Below are positions 36,820 to 46,683 of a DNA stretch of 64,000 nt, piece after piece. Positions within the stretch are counted from its first letter, which is position 1, and every line of letters begins with the position of its first letter. A program made the translations under genes and the position numbers. The notes beneath the pieces were generated by a model. That model worked only from the letters and a program-made list of their open reading frames with translations, made no database searches and had not been told where the DNA came from. The stretch lies in NCBI GenBank assembly GCA_041675205.1, contig JBAYUF010000002.1:1731-65730 (forward strand). The letters run 5' to 3'. The stretch is from Patescibacteria group bacterium (GTDB lineage: Bacteria; Patescibacteriota; Patescibacteriia; GWA2-46-9).

Positions 36820-38346
36820 ATGAGCATGAATACAGTAAAAACTGGGATAATTTACGTTAGAGTTTCCTCTAAAGATCAGGTTGAAAACACGAGTCTAGAA
36901 TCGCAAGAAAAAGCCTGTATAGAATACGCTGAACGAAACGCCATTACGATTATTGAGCCAGCGTTCGTCGAGAAAGGTGAGTCTGCAAAAAGCGCCAACC
37001 GAACTGAATTCCAAAAGGCTATTTCACGATGCGCTGATAAGAAACTACCAATCAAGTACTTCGTTGTTTATAAACTTGATCGTTTCGCTCGAAACCAAGA
37101 TGATCATGTCACTGTAAGAGCCATTCTCAGACGCTACGGTACTGAACTTCGTTCTGTTACGGAACCAATCGACGAAAGTTCACTGGGGCGAGCCATGGAA
37201 GGAATGATTTCTGTTTTTGCAGAGCTAGATAACAATATGCGAACCGAACGGACTAGGGGCGGGATGCTAGCTCGAATACGACAGGGTATTTGGTGTTGGC
37301 AAGCTCCGCTGGGCTACTACCGCCCATACAAGAAAGCTAACATTACGCCTGATGAAAAAATAGCACTCTACATAAGGATCTTGTTCGAAGAATACGCTAA
37401 AGGAACATACACTTACGAGAGGTTGGCAAGATTTATTAGTGATCGCGGATTACGAACAAAGGAGGGTAAGAAACCTTGGCCACAGCTCATGGTAAAAATT
37501 TTGAAAAACGAAGTTTACTGTGGAGTAATAGTCGGACTCGGAGAGAGAATCGATGGTGCATTTGAACCGATTGTTTCAAGAGAGCTTTTTGAACAATGCA
37601 GAAAAATAAGACTTGGCATTGCAAATGGCTGTCGTCGTTCACCAGAAAACCCTCTGTTCCCACTACGACGGATTGTGGTTTGTACCAAATGCAAGCAACC
37701 ACTCACCGGCAGCAGATCTCGGGGGAAACTCGGGAAATACTACCATTACTATCATCATCGTAAACAAGGTTGCGTGGCCGCAAAAAGTATCCCCAATATC
37801 GAACTAGAAAAGATTTTTCTGAATTATTTTCAAAGGATCGCACCCAATGATCGTTTTGAAAAGTTATTCAAAGCCATCATTACTGATACTTGGAAGAGTA
37901 GTTATAAAAAGCTAGACGAAAATAATTCTCGGATTCAAAAACAGATAGAAGTATTGGCTACTGATCGTCAACGTATTTTTGAGTTCCACCAGAATGGTAA
38001 ATACTCCGATGAAGAATTTCAAGAACAGAAACGGCTTATAAACCAACGCATCGAACAAAAGAGGATACTACTAGATGACAGCCGGATTGAAGAATTCGAT
38101 ATGGAGCTAGCCCTCAATTATTGTTTTGAGTATTTGAGAGCCATTCCAGAGAAATGGGGAAAAACTAGCGATGTATCTAGAAAAATGCGCTTACGGGGTT
38201 TGATGGTCAAAGGATTTATATATTTCGACGGCGAACGAATTGAAACCCTCGATATGACAGAGATTCACAGGGTAAAACAAGAGTACGGTGGTGAAAAATA
38301 CCATTTGGTAGCCCCACGGGGAATCGAACCCCGATTTCCGCCGTGA
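36820..38346 (+). CDS. Large serine recombinase (integrase)
   Basis: IYVRVSS catalytic Ser, GES, DRFAR, PLGY, recombinase domain, CTKC zinc ribbon, coiled coil; last codons run antisense into tRNA-Glu. Confidence 0.95.
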   Translation: MSMNTVKTGIIYVRVSSKDQVENTSLESQEKACIEYAERNAITIIEPAFVEKGESAKSANRTEFQKAISRCADKKLPIKYFVVYKLDRFARNQDDHVTVRAILRRYGTELRSVTEPIDESSLGRAMEGMISVFAELDNNMRTERTRGGMLARIRQGIWCWQAPLGYYRPYKKANITPDEKIALYIRILFEEYAKGTYTYERLARFISDRGLRTKEGKKPWPQLMVKILKNEVYCGVIVGLGERIDGAFEPIVSRELFEQCRKIRLGIANGCRRSPENPLFPLRRIVVCTKCKQPLTGSRSRGKLGKYYHYYHHRKQGCVAAKSIPNIELEKIFLNYFQRIAPNDRFEKLFKAIITDTWKSSYKKLDENNSRIQKQIEVLATDRQRIFEFHQNGKYSDEEFQEQKRLINQRIEQKRILLDDSRIEEFDMELALNYCFEYLRAIPEKWGKTSDVSRKMRLRGLMVKGFIYFDGERIETLDMTEIHRVKQEYGGEKYHLVAPRGIEPRFPP

Positions 38347-38380
38347 AAGGGCAGCGTCCTAACCGTTAGACGATGAGGCC
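38306..38380 (-). tRNA. tRNA-Glu(TTC)
   Basis: Reverse complement GGCCTCATCGTCTAACGGTTAGGACG-CTGCCCTTTCACGGCGG-AAATCGGGGTTCGATTCCCCGTGGGGCTACCA. Confidence 0.96.
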
Positions 38381-38532
38381 TCAATTACCTGAAAGATCTG
38401 TGAGAAACGCTCACTTCGCTTCCGCGGTATGTGGTGCGACGATAGTACATTCATTTCTGTTTTGAATCAAATTTTTGGGGGCGCAGGCGGAAACAACTGT
38501 TAAGGTTGCTCCGCCTGCGCCAGGAGGAGTCG

Positions 38533-39009
38533 TCAGATCGGCAAGCTGGGCGTCGCTGGCTCCGATGGGAAGACATTCCCGGTCGCGACTTTCGCGAAGG
38601 CCTGCCGCAAGACCCTGACATACTCCAAGGGGTCGTTCAGGACGAGACACGCCGCTTCGTCTGTTGCTGGCTGGGAGAAGTACATCTGCGACATCGCCCC
38701 ACCCGCTCCAGCAAGCTCAACAACGACCCCCCATCTTGGGTCTGCCTCGTCGATAGCCGTGAAGAAATTGACGTTCACGACAGTGACGATAGGCAGGGGT
38801 TGTAGACCAACCTCTGTCGCCACCCCCGCGGCAAAGTGGCACATGCAGGGGTCCACCTGCGTTCCACGGCATTCTTGAGCAATGTCGTGAAACGCCTTCG
38901 CCACGGCCGTGGCGATGCCTACCCGGGCGGCAGGTGGATCGTCGGCTCCCTTGGCTATGCCCGTCAGAAAGAAAAAAGAGACACACACCGTCCACATTTT
39001 TTTTCTCAT
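38533..39009 (-). CDS. Hypothetical secreted protein
   Basis: GGAGG SD; signal-peptide-like MRKKMWTVCVSFFFLTGIAKG. Confidence 0.55.
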   Translation of the reverse strand: MRKKMWTVCVSFFFLTGIAKGADDPPAARVGIATAVAKAFHDIAQECRGTQVDPCMCHFAAGVATEVGLQPLPIVTVVNVNFFTAIDEADPRWGVVVELAGAGGAMSQMYFSQPATDEAACLVLNDPLEYVRVLRQAFAKVATGNVFPSEPATPSLPI

Positions 39010-39111
39010 CACATCCACCCTCCATCGTGTGGTGCCACACTTATAGCTCATCAATTAAAGACCGTCAATGCTAATTGCGACGATGCACATGAACCCGTAT
39101 ACTCGGGTCAT

Positions 39112-40251
39112 ATGAACAAACGGGTTCGGATATTAGGAATTGAAACGTCATGCGACGAAAGCGGGATTGCTTTGCTGGATGCCTCGCGAGACAAGCACGG
39201 CACCATTCAGTTGTCTTTGCAGTACAACTTTCTTCACTCACAAATTGCCACCCACAGAAAGACCGGCGGGGTAGTGCCAGAGATTGCGGCGCGAGAACAT
39301 GCTATTCGTTTGCCGGGTCTTCTTACCCAACTTGAAAAAAAAATCCCACTTTCAGAATTAAAAAAATCAATTGATGCCATTGCTGTTACTAGTGGGCCGG
39401 GCCTTGTAACTTCTCTAGTTACTGGCGTGGAAGTCGCTCGTACTATTAGCTACCTGTGGCAAAAGCCGCTGGTGCCGGTGAACCATCTTGAGGGACATAT
39501 TTATGCGAACTTGTTGGCAGGTGGCAAATGGCCAATAGCAAATGGCAAGACAATAAGGGGGGAGATTTCAGATGGTAAATTGCCAATGGCAAATGGCGAA
39601 GGGGAAAAGGGAAGAACTCCGGGTGACAACGCGGCCAATTTCACTTTTCCATTGCTGGCGCTACTGGTTTCGGGTGGGCACACCGAGCTTATTTTAATGA
39701 AGCGTCATCTCTCGTATATCGTGCTTGGCTCTACCCGAGATGATGCTGCGGGTGAGGCATTTGATAAGACAGCAAAACTGCTTGGGCTCCCATACCCGGG
39801 TGGGCCGGCGCTTTCACGACTGGCGAAGCAAGGGAAGCCAATCATAAAACTACCTCGGCCGATGCTCGACAAAAAATATAATCTTGACTTTAGTTTCTCT
39901 GGTTTAAAAACGGCTGCGGCAATGCAGATTGAAAAAGGGGGAGTGCGTAAGGCTGACATGGCAGCAAGTATTGAAACGGCTATCGTTGAAACCCTTGTTG
40001 AAAAAACGTGTCGAGCGGCCGAACAGTACTTGCCAAAAACTATTGTGCTGGCTGGTGGTGTAGCCGCAAACACAAAACTACAAATGCGTTTAGCAGAAGC
40101 GCTGACCGTGCGCGCCCCAAAAGCAACCTTGCTCACCCCGGCCATAGAGTTCGCAACGGACAATGGTGCCATGATTGCAGCGGCTGGGGCGGTACGTTTT
40201 CTTTTGAACAAAAAGCGGCCGCTCGTTATTGACCCGCACTTGCCTCTGTAG
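39112..40251 (+). CDS. tsaD: tRNA threonylcarbamoyltransferase TsaD
   Basis: [51 protein letters not shown] and TDNGAMIA motifs. Confidence 0.97.
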   Translation: MNKRVRILGIETSCDESGIALLDASRDKHGTIQLSLQYNFLHSQIATHRKTGGVVPEIAAREHAIRLPGLLTQLEKKIPLSELKKSIDAIAVTSGPGLVTSLVTGVEVARTISYLWQKPLVPVNHLEGHIYANLLAGGKWPIANGKTIRGEISDGKLPMANGEGEKGRTPGDNAANFTFPLLALLVSGGHTELILMKRHLSYIVLGSTRDDAAGEAFDKTAKLLGLPYPGGPALSRLAKQGKPIIKLPRPMLDKKYNLDFSFSGLKTAAAMQIEKGGVRKADMAASIETAIVETLVEKTCRAAEQYLPKTIVLAGGVAANTKLQMRLAEALTVRAPKATLLTPAIEFATDNGAMIAAAGAVRFLLNKKRPLVIDPHLPL

Positions 40252-40253
40252 CT

Positions 40254-40694
40254 ATGACTAAGAAGAAACAGCAGAGCGTAACGCTCCCACTGGCAAATTT
40301 ACAAGCCACAAAAGCCCTTGCCGTTCGCCTCGCGAAGCTCGCCCGAGGGGGTGACGTCTTTGGACTCGTTGGAAATCTTGGCGCCGGCAAAACAACCTTT
40401 ACGCAGTTCTTTGCAGCCGCACTTGGTGTAAAGTCACGAGTGATTAGCCCAACCTATACGCTGGTCCAATTTCATGCCGGAAAAAAATTCACCCTCTGCC
40501 ACATTGATAGCTACCGGGCGCACAGTGCCGAGGAAATATGTATGGCGGGGTTGGACGACGCTTTGGCCGATAAAAACTGCATTGTCATAGTCGAGTGGGC
40601 GGACACGATAGCGCCAGCTCTGCCGCCACACACTACCTGGCTACAGTTTTCTCGCCAAGGAACAAAAAGAACGGTGACAATTACGACTCCTTAA
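40254..40694 (+). CDS. tsaE: t6A biosynthesis ATPase TsaE
   Basis: [20 protein letters not shown] and VEW motifs. Confidence 0.95.
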   Translation: MTKKKQQSVTLPLANLQATKALAVRLAKLARGGDVFGLVGNLGAGKTTFTQFFAAALGVKSRVISPTYTLVQFHAGKKFTLCHIDSYRAHSAEEICMAGLDDALADKNCIVIVEWADTIAPALPPHTTWLQFSRQGTKRTVTITTP

Positions 40695-42403
40695 CCTTCT
40701 TCACTGGTTACGCGGAACACTTCTTCAAGACTCGTAATTCCCTGTAGCGCCTTCAGCACACCGTCCTCAACCATAGTGCGCATACCATTTTTCCTGGCCA
40801 TTGTAAGCACTGCTGACTCAGAAAGTTCAGCGCCTGACAAAATTGCATTTTCAATATCTGCATCAACCAGCAGTACTTCATAAATACCAATTTGTCCGCG
40901 GTACTGCAGCTGCTGACACGCTTCGCAACCCGGGCTGGTGTAGAAGGTTTGGTTCTTTGGTAACTCATCACGATCAACGTGCGGAAGGGTTGCCAGGATA
41001 GCGGCCACACGAGCGGCCAATTTTTCTTCTGGCATCGTCGGTACTTTACACGATTCACAAAGACGACGAACCAACCGCTGACCAATGATAACGTTTAGGG
41101 CGGCTGGTAAAAGAAACCGAGCCAGCCCAATATTTAAGAGGCGCGGAATAGCACCAGCGGCATTATTTGTGTGGAGCGTAGAGAGCACCAAATGCCCCGT
41201 GAGCGCCGCGTTCGCCGCCACATCCGCCGTTTCCGCATCACGAATTTCGCCGACCATAACCACATTTGGATCTTGTCGCAACATTGAACGGAGTCCAGCC
41301 GCAAACGTGTAGCCCCGCGTCTGATCAATTTGGCTTTGCGTAATACCCGGCAGCTGATATTCAATCGGATCTTCCAGAGTAATAATCTTGTTCTCTGGTT
41401 TTGCTAACCGCACCAACATGGCGTAGAGCGTTGTTGTCTTACCAGAACCGGTTGGACCGGTCGTCAGAATCATGCCATTTGGCTTTTCTAGTTCGGCTAA
41501 CAATACCTCTTTTGCGTGCCCGGTGAGGCCGAGCGTTTCAAGGGCTACCCCACGCGCATTCCAGCGAAGGAGCCGCAACACAACACTTTCTCCATACGCA
41601 CTTGGTAGTGTAGAAATACGAACATCAACCTTGTCAGCGGCCTCAGCGATAGTGAAGCGACCATCTTGTGGTTTGTCGGTAATATTTATTTTTAGTCCAG
41701 ACAACAATTTTAATCGTTTAACCAAAGCGTCATACATAGTCGCCGGAAACGAAAGGACGGGATAGAGAACACCATCAATACGAAACCGTAGTGCCAGACC
41801 GGCGTTACTGGCTTCAATATGTATGTCGCTCGCCCGTGTTTGCAGTGCCCCCGCAATGATTGCCGTGACCACATCACTCGTTGAGGCGCCTGAAATTGCT
41901 TTCTTGATTTCACCTAACGTGTCACTTTGCCGACCACCTTGGGTATACTTTTCAAGATCTCCGGTAGAAATACTAACGCCACGGGTGGTTACGTACGGTC
42001 GTGGCACCCGTCGATAGGTATCAAGGGCGAGGCGAAAACTTTCATACGAAATGAGGTAGAGGGTCGGCGTGGTATGGTGTTCTGCTGCGAGCGCCGCAAC
42101 TTTTTCACGTACCGCTGGAGACGTTGGATTAATACTACCTAGCCGAAGGTCATCTATTGAGTACCAAAAGCAAATCAATCCGAGTGAACGAGCTTCATCT
42201 TCTGAAATCAAAGAAACGCTATCGGGATTAATTGGAAATCCCTTCAAATTAAAATAGACAGCGCCAACAGTAGTGGCTTGCTCTTCTACCTCTCGCTCTT
42301 TTGCTTCAAAACGAAGTGAACGGAGCTTGTCCGCCAACTTACCCGAGGCGTCGGGCGAAGCGACTCGCACCGTGCGGTCGCTCGCATTACCGGCCGCGCC
42401 CAT
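40691..42403 (-). CDS. Type IV pilus/T2SS assembly ATPase (PilB/GspE family)
   Basis: ASDIHIE, PQDGRF, GPTGSGKTTT, EDPIEY, LRQDP, STLHTN and tetra-Cys motifs. Confidence 0.95.
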   Translation of the reverse strand: MGAAGNASDRTVRVASPDASGKLADKLRSLRFEAKEREVEEQATTVGAVYFNLKGFPINPDSVSLISEDEARSLGLICFWYSIDDLRLGSINPTSPAVREKVAALAAEHHTTPTLYLISYESFRLALDTYRRVPRPYVTTRGVSISTGDLEKYTQGGRQSDTLGEIKKAISGASTSDVVTAIIAGALQTRASDIHIEASNAGLALRFRIDGVLYPVLSFPATMYDALVKRLKLLSGLKINITDKPQDGRFTIAEAADKVDVRISTLPSAYGESVVLRLLRWNARGVALETLGLTGHAKEVLLAELEKPNGMILTTGPTGSGKTTTLYAMLVRLAKPENKIITLEDPIEYQLPGITQSQIDQTRGYTFAAGLRSMLRQDPNVVMVGEIRDAETADVAANAALTGHLVLSTLHTNNAAGAIPRLLNIGLARFLLPAALNVIIGQRLVRRLCESCKVPTMPEEKLAARVAAILATLPHVDRDELPKNQTFYTSPGCEACQQLQYRGQIGIYEVLLVDADIENAILSGAELSESAVLTMARKNGMRTMVEDGVLKALQGITSLEEVFRVTSEEG

Positions 42404-42408
42404 AGCCC

Positions 42409-43443
42409 CTATGCTCGACGGAATAGGCGAAATCGCCTATCAGGCAGAAAACGGCTCAATACTCTCACTATTTTACTGACAGTTTTTGTTCGTTGGGTTA
42501 ATCGAACGTAGAGCATGGTCCATGCCGTCCATTGGAAGGTTGCCAGCCACGCCGCAAAAAAGAAGAGGAGGACAATGAGAACGACGAGCGCGATTAAGCC
42601 CACAATAGTTCCCCAGGCGCCAAACCCCAGCTGCCAAAGAACAGCGGCGGCAATAAACGTCGGCACAATGAATAGCCAAGCGATGAATAGTACGAGAGCC
42701 CCAACAAGAACACTCACAACCCCAAGGAGAGCCGCCATTTCTAACGTGACCAACCAATGGGCCTTCAATAAAACGATCGACCGCTCAAGGGCATCGACGA
42801 GGCTACACTTTTTTAACACAATAAACGAAACCATGTAGCGAACAATAAACGAGAGCGCAATGGCTGTTGGGATAAGCAAAAGAAACGCTACTGCAAAACT
42901 TGGCATTCCAAAGTATGGGTCAAGGATTGCCAAAGCAGCGAAGAGCGCCACCAATGCCAGTAACATCCACACAACAATCTTCCCAAATAGAAACGTGACG
43001 AGTAGGGGAGCAAAAGTGGTTCGGCTTGCTGCCAAGGTTGTCGCTGAAGAAGTAAGTGGTTTACTGGCGGCGACTAGTGCGGCATTCCGCACCAATGCGG
43101 CCACACTAATCATAGCCAACCAAATTAAAAAAGCCGCCACGGCTATTATCGCCGCGCCGGTCATGAAGAGGAACAGAATAGAACCTGGCTCTTGGAAAAA
43201 AATGTGTCCGAGTGAGCTGGCCGTTTGAATAGTTGCGGACGGCACGTCGGCAGTGAAACTGAGAGGAAGCGGTACTCCACCGCGATTGCTCACTTGCTCA
43301 ATGGCGCTAAAGAGAACTTGATATTCACCGACGTTACCGATTAACGCCGCAAATAATCCCCACATCCAAAGCGACTTTTCTCGCCACGATGCACGAAGGG
43401 CTGACGCGAGCACTGCCCGATACACTGGTTGCACTTTTATCAT
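42409..43443 (-). CDS. Hypothetical multi-pass membrane protein
   Basis: 344 aa with 7-8 hydrophobic segments, between ftsH and the PilB-type gene. Confidence 0.75.
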   Translation of the reverse strand: MIKVQPVYRAVLASALRASWREKSLWMWGLFAALIGNVGEYQVLFSAIEQVSNRGGVPLPLSFTADVPSATIQTASSLGHIFFQEPGSILFLFMTGAAIIAVAAFLIWLAMISVAALVRNAALVAASKPLTSSATTLAASRTTFAPLLVTFLFGKIVVWMLLALVALFAALAILDPYFGMPSFAVAFLLLIPTAIALSFIVRYMVSFIVLKKCSLVDALERSIVLLKAHWLVTLEMAALLGVVSVLVGALVLFIAWLFIVPTFIAAAVLWQLGFGAWGTIVGLIALVVLIVLLFFFAAWLATFQWTAWTMLYVRLTQRTKTVSKIVRVLSRFLPDRRFRLFRRA

Positions 43444-43521
43444 ATGTGTTTTCGCCTCCTGAGGATTACCCGACGCACATAGTATACCGAAAAAACTTCA
43501 CTACAGCAAAGTGGCGGCCAC

Positions 43522-45348
43522 TTAGGCCGCCACCGGTTCTGCCATTATTGCTTCAAATGCTTGCCGCTCTAATGTTTCTTTTTCAAGAAGTGCGGCCACA
43601 ATGCGTTCAAGAGTCGGTCGATTTTCTTTAATGAGTCGCTTAGCTGTTGCCTGTGCCCGCTTCAATAGTGCGGCTACTTCTTCATCAATCTGCTTGGCGG
43701 TGTCTTCACTATAATCTCGCTGTTCGTGTATTTCTCTACCCAAGAATATCATCTCTTCTCGATGCCCGAAGGTTCGTGGGCCAAGCACGCTCATACCATA
43801 ATCAACGATAATACTCTTCGACAGTTTCGTAGCCTGCCGCAAATCGTTCGACGCACCGGTGGTTAACTCATCAAACACTTCTTGCTCGGCGGTGTAGCCG
43901 CCCAACATAACAGCCAGGTCGTCAATAAACTCACTCTTCGTGTGGAACCGTTTGTCTTCGAGTGGCAGTTTTAATGTGTACCCTGCGGCATGACCGCGAG
44001 AAATAATGGAGATTTTATGCACCGGGTCGGCGTTTGGCAACAAGTGTGCAACGAGCGCATGACCAGCCTCGTGGTATGCAGTAATTTTCTTCTCTTTGTC
44101 TGAGATCACTTGATTACGACGTTCTGGGCCAAGGATAACTTTTTCAACGCTCTCTAAAATCGCCGTTTGTGAAATCGCTTTGTCTCCATGACGCGCAGCC
44201 AAGATAGCCGCTTCGTTTAATACGTTGGCGAGATCCGCACCAGACAGTCCCGGTGTTCGAGCAGCCACCTCTCGTAAGACAACGGTTGGTGCCATTGGTT
44301 TGTTTTTTGCATGTACGGCAAGAATTGCCTCACGATCGTTAATGTCGGGAAGGTCAATCATCACTCGTCTATCAAAACGACCGGGTCGGAGGAGGGCGGC
44401 ATCCAACACATCAGGCCGGTTTGTGGCCGCCATAACAATCACGTTGGTTGATGTTTCAAACCCGTCCATCTCAACAAGTATCTGATTTAGTGTTTGCTCT
44501 CGTTCGTCGTGCGAGCCACCCAACCCGCTACCACGCTGACGGCCAACGGCATCGATTTCATCGATAAAAATGATAGCCGGGGCAAGCTTTTTAGCACGGC
44601 GGAATAGATCGCGCACCCGCGAAGCCCCAACCCCAACAAACATTTCCACAAATTCTGAACCAGAAATGTGGATAAAAGGAACACCGGCTTCACCCGCAAC
44701 CGCTCTCGCTAAAAGCGTTTTGCCTGTACCCGGAGCGCCAACCAATAAAACGCCACGGGGAATCTTGGCGCCAACGGCCTGAAATTTTTCTGGCTGAGCC
44801 AAAAACTCCACGACTTCTTCTAATTCTTGCTTTGCCTCGTGAGCGCCAGCAATGTCGGCAAAGGTCGTTTTCTCGCGGCGCTGGTCACTTGCTTCTCGAG
44901 CGGTGCTTTGTCCAAACGTCATGGCACGATTGTTCATGCCTTGCACCTGCCGCAACATGAAGTAGAAGAGCAGTCCAATGAGCGCGATGGGTAAGAGGAT
45001 TGGAAGCACTGCCCCCAGCCAATACGAGAAACCACCCTCGGTCTTTACGGTAATGGGGAGCGCCCGAATAGCTTCCGCTGAAACGCCATAGCTCTGCAAC
45101 AGCGCTGGCAATGAATCTTGTGATTCTTTGTGCGCCATCTTCTCAGACCCGTCTTGCAACGTATAGAGAATCGTTGCTCCATCACTAACGAGTATGCTTT
45201 TTACTGAACCGGCAGAAATATCGGTGACAAATGCGCTAAGACTTACGGTCTCTGTGCTGCTGCGATAATTAGAAACAACAGCGACCATCCCCGCGAGTGC
45301 GAAGAAGATGAGGATGAAGAAGAGGAAGCTGCGAAGTAAATTTTTCAT
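43522..45348 (-). CDS. ftsH: ATP-dependent zinc metalloprotease FtsH
   Basis: 2 [26 protein letters not shown] and HEAGH motifs. Confidence 0.98.
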   Translation of the reverse strand: MKNLLRSFLFFILIFFALAGMVAVVSNYRSSTETVSLSAFVTDISAGSVKSILVSDGATILYTLQDGSEKMAHKESQDSLPALLQSYGVSAEAIRALPITVKTEGGFSYWLGAVLPILLPIALIGLLFYFMLRQVQGMNNRAMTFGQSTAREASDQRREKTTFADIAGAHEAKQELEEVVEFLAQPEKFQAVGAKIPRGVLLVGAPGTGKTLLARAVAGEAGVPFIHISGSEFVEMFVGVGASRVRDLFRRAKKLAPAIIFIDEIDAVGRQRGSGLGGSHDEREQTLNQILVEMDGFETSTNVIVMAATNRPDVLDAALLRPGRFDRRVMIDLPDINDREAILAVHAKNKPMAPTVVLREVAARTPGLSGADLANVLNEAAILAARHGDKAISQTAILESVEKVILGPERRNQVISDKEKKITAYHEAGHALVAHLLPNADPVHKISIISRGHAAGYTLKLPLEDKRFHTKSEFIDDLAVMLGGYTAEQEVFDELTTGASNDLRQATKLSKSIIVDYGMSVLGPRTFGHREEMIFLGREIHEQRDYSEDTAKQIDEEVAALLKRAQATAKRLIKENRPTLERIVAALLEKETLERQAFEAIMAEPVAA

Positions 45349-45375
45349 ATAATAAAGTAGGTGCAGTGTAGCAAG

Positions 45376-45407
45376 AAAAAACCGCCCCGGCTACGGGACG
45401 GTTTTTT
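45376..45407 (-). terminator. Intrinsic terminator after rpsA
   Basis: AAAAAACCGCCCCG-loop-CGGGACGGTTTTTT. Confidence 0.75.
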
Positions 45408-45423
45408 ATGCCTAATAAATAAT

Positions 45424-46599
45424 TTAGACGGCCGATTCTTTCTTCGTATTATCATCTTCAGTTACGGGCTCTTCTTTTGCACTGGCCGCAACATCAGCGG
45501 CTGTTTTTGTAAGCGACAAGCCAAGGCGATATTCAAGCGGCTTTAATGAAACGATGGTGAACTCCATCTCGTCACCTAACTTTACTTTTTCAGCAACCTC
45601 TTCGGGAGCCATACCCAATTCTGAGACGTGTGCCAAACCATGAATTTCAGGGTCAAGCTCCACGAACAACCCAAAGCTGTTTATCTTTCTGATTTTCCCC
45701 TTTACTCGAGTCCCAATAGCGTACTTCTCTTGTACTGTTTTCCATGGGTCAGGGAGAAGCCGCTTAACCGACAAGAAAACCTTTGGGCCATTGATGTTAA
45801 TAATCTGCGCTTTTACTTTTTGGTCCATCACGACAATTTCTGAAGGATTCTCAACCCGCTGCCAGGCCAACTCTGAAATATGGATGAGACCAGTGAGCCC
45901 CGGGGCAAACTCCATGAAGGCACCGAAGTCGGCAATGGCAGTAATTGGACCTTCACAGACCTCACCAACACGATGCGCATTAATCTTCTCCACCTGTTTG
46001 TCCTCTTCAACCTTCTTTTCGGAAACAATCAGTTTCCCGTCATCTAGGCTTGCGTCAAGCACCTTAACGACAAACTTCTCACCAATAAATTCTTTCAATT
46101 TTTCTAGAATGCGGACCTTGTCACCACCAGGAACCCGTGGGTAGTGCTCGGCTGAGAGCTGTGAGACAGGCAAGAAACCTTCAACATTGTTGACGTCAAC
46201 AATGAGCCCACCCTTGTTCGCCTCTCGCACGGTTACCGTCACTAACTCGCCGGCATCACGAAGGTCTTCCAGTTTACCCCACGACCGTTGCTGTCCAGCA
46301 AATCTGAAGGAGAGTTCAACTTCACCAAGCTCGTTTTCAAGATCAAGAACGGTTGCTTCGGCCGGGTCGCCAAGCCCCAACTTTGCATAGTCTTCTGATT
46401 CATTATAAAGCTCCCGACCACGGATGACACCAGAATAGCCACCTAAATCAAGGTGAACTTCTGTTTTTGTAATACTGCTAACGATACCGGAAACGACATC
46501 GCCAACCTTTGGCAGTGACCAATATTGCCGATCTTCGAGAAGCTGCTGAATCTCTGAAGTAGCGATTTTGCTGGGGTTTTTCGTTGTTACTTTAATCAT
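45424..46599 (-). CDS. rpsA: 30S ribosomal protein S1 (four S1 domains)
   Basis: NKGGL, GFLP.SQL, FGAF...GLIHISEL and FGLFVE...GLAHVSEL repeats; start uncertain. Confidence 0.9.
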   Translation of the reverse strand: MIKVTTKNPSKIATSEIQQLLEDRQYWSLPKVGDVVSGIVSSITKTEVHLDLGGYSGVIRGRELYNESEDYAKLGLGDPAEATVLDLENELGEVELSFRFAGQQRSWGKLEDLRDAGELVTVTVREANKGGLIVDVNNVEGFLPVSQLSAEHYPRVPGGDKVRILEKLKEFIGEKFVVKVLDASLDDGKLIVSEKKVEEDKQVEKINAHRVGEVCEGPITAIADFGAFMEFAPGLTGLIHISELAWQRVENPSEIVVMDQKVKAQIININGPKVFLSVKRLLPDPWKTVQEKYAIGTRVKGKIRKINSFGLFVELDPEIHGLAHVSELGMAPEEVAEKVKLGDEMEFTIVSLKPLEYRLGLSLTKTAADVAASAKEEPVTEDDNTKKESAV

Positions 46600-46683
46600 A
46601 GGTTTACCCACTATACTGAAGGGGACAGACTTTGGCAAGGGTGATAGCTCTGCTATAGTGAAGCCACTATCTTTCTTATACAA

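Larger units (their letters stand above)
29498..38314. mobile_element. ~8.8 kb integrative element at the tRNA-Glu 3' end, driven by a large serine recombinase
   Basis: Direct repeat TTTGGTAGCCC at 29498-29508 and 38304-38314 (tRNA 3' end); recombinase at the right end; AT-richer cargo. Confidence 0.85.

Noticed and set aside
38836-39111. 92-aa N-terminal extension of TsaD in the ORF track
   Set aside because: TsaD homology starts at [16 protein letters not shown] (39112); the extension overlaps an opposite-strand gene.
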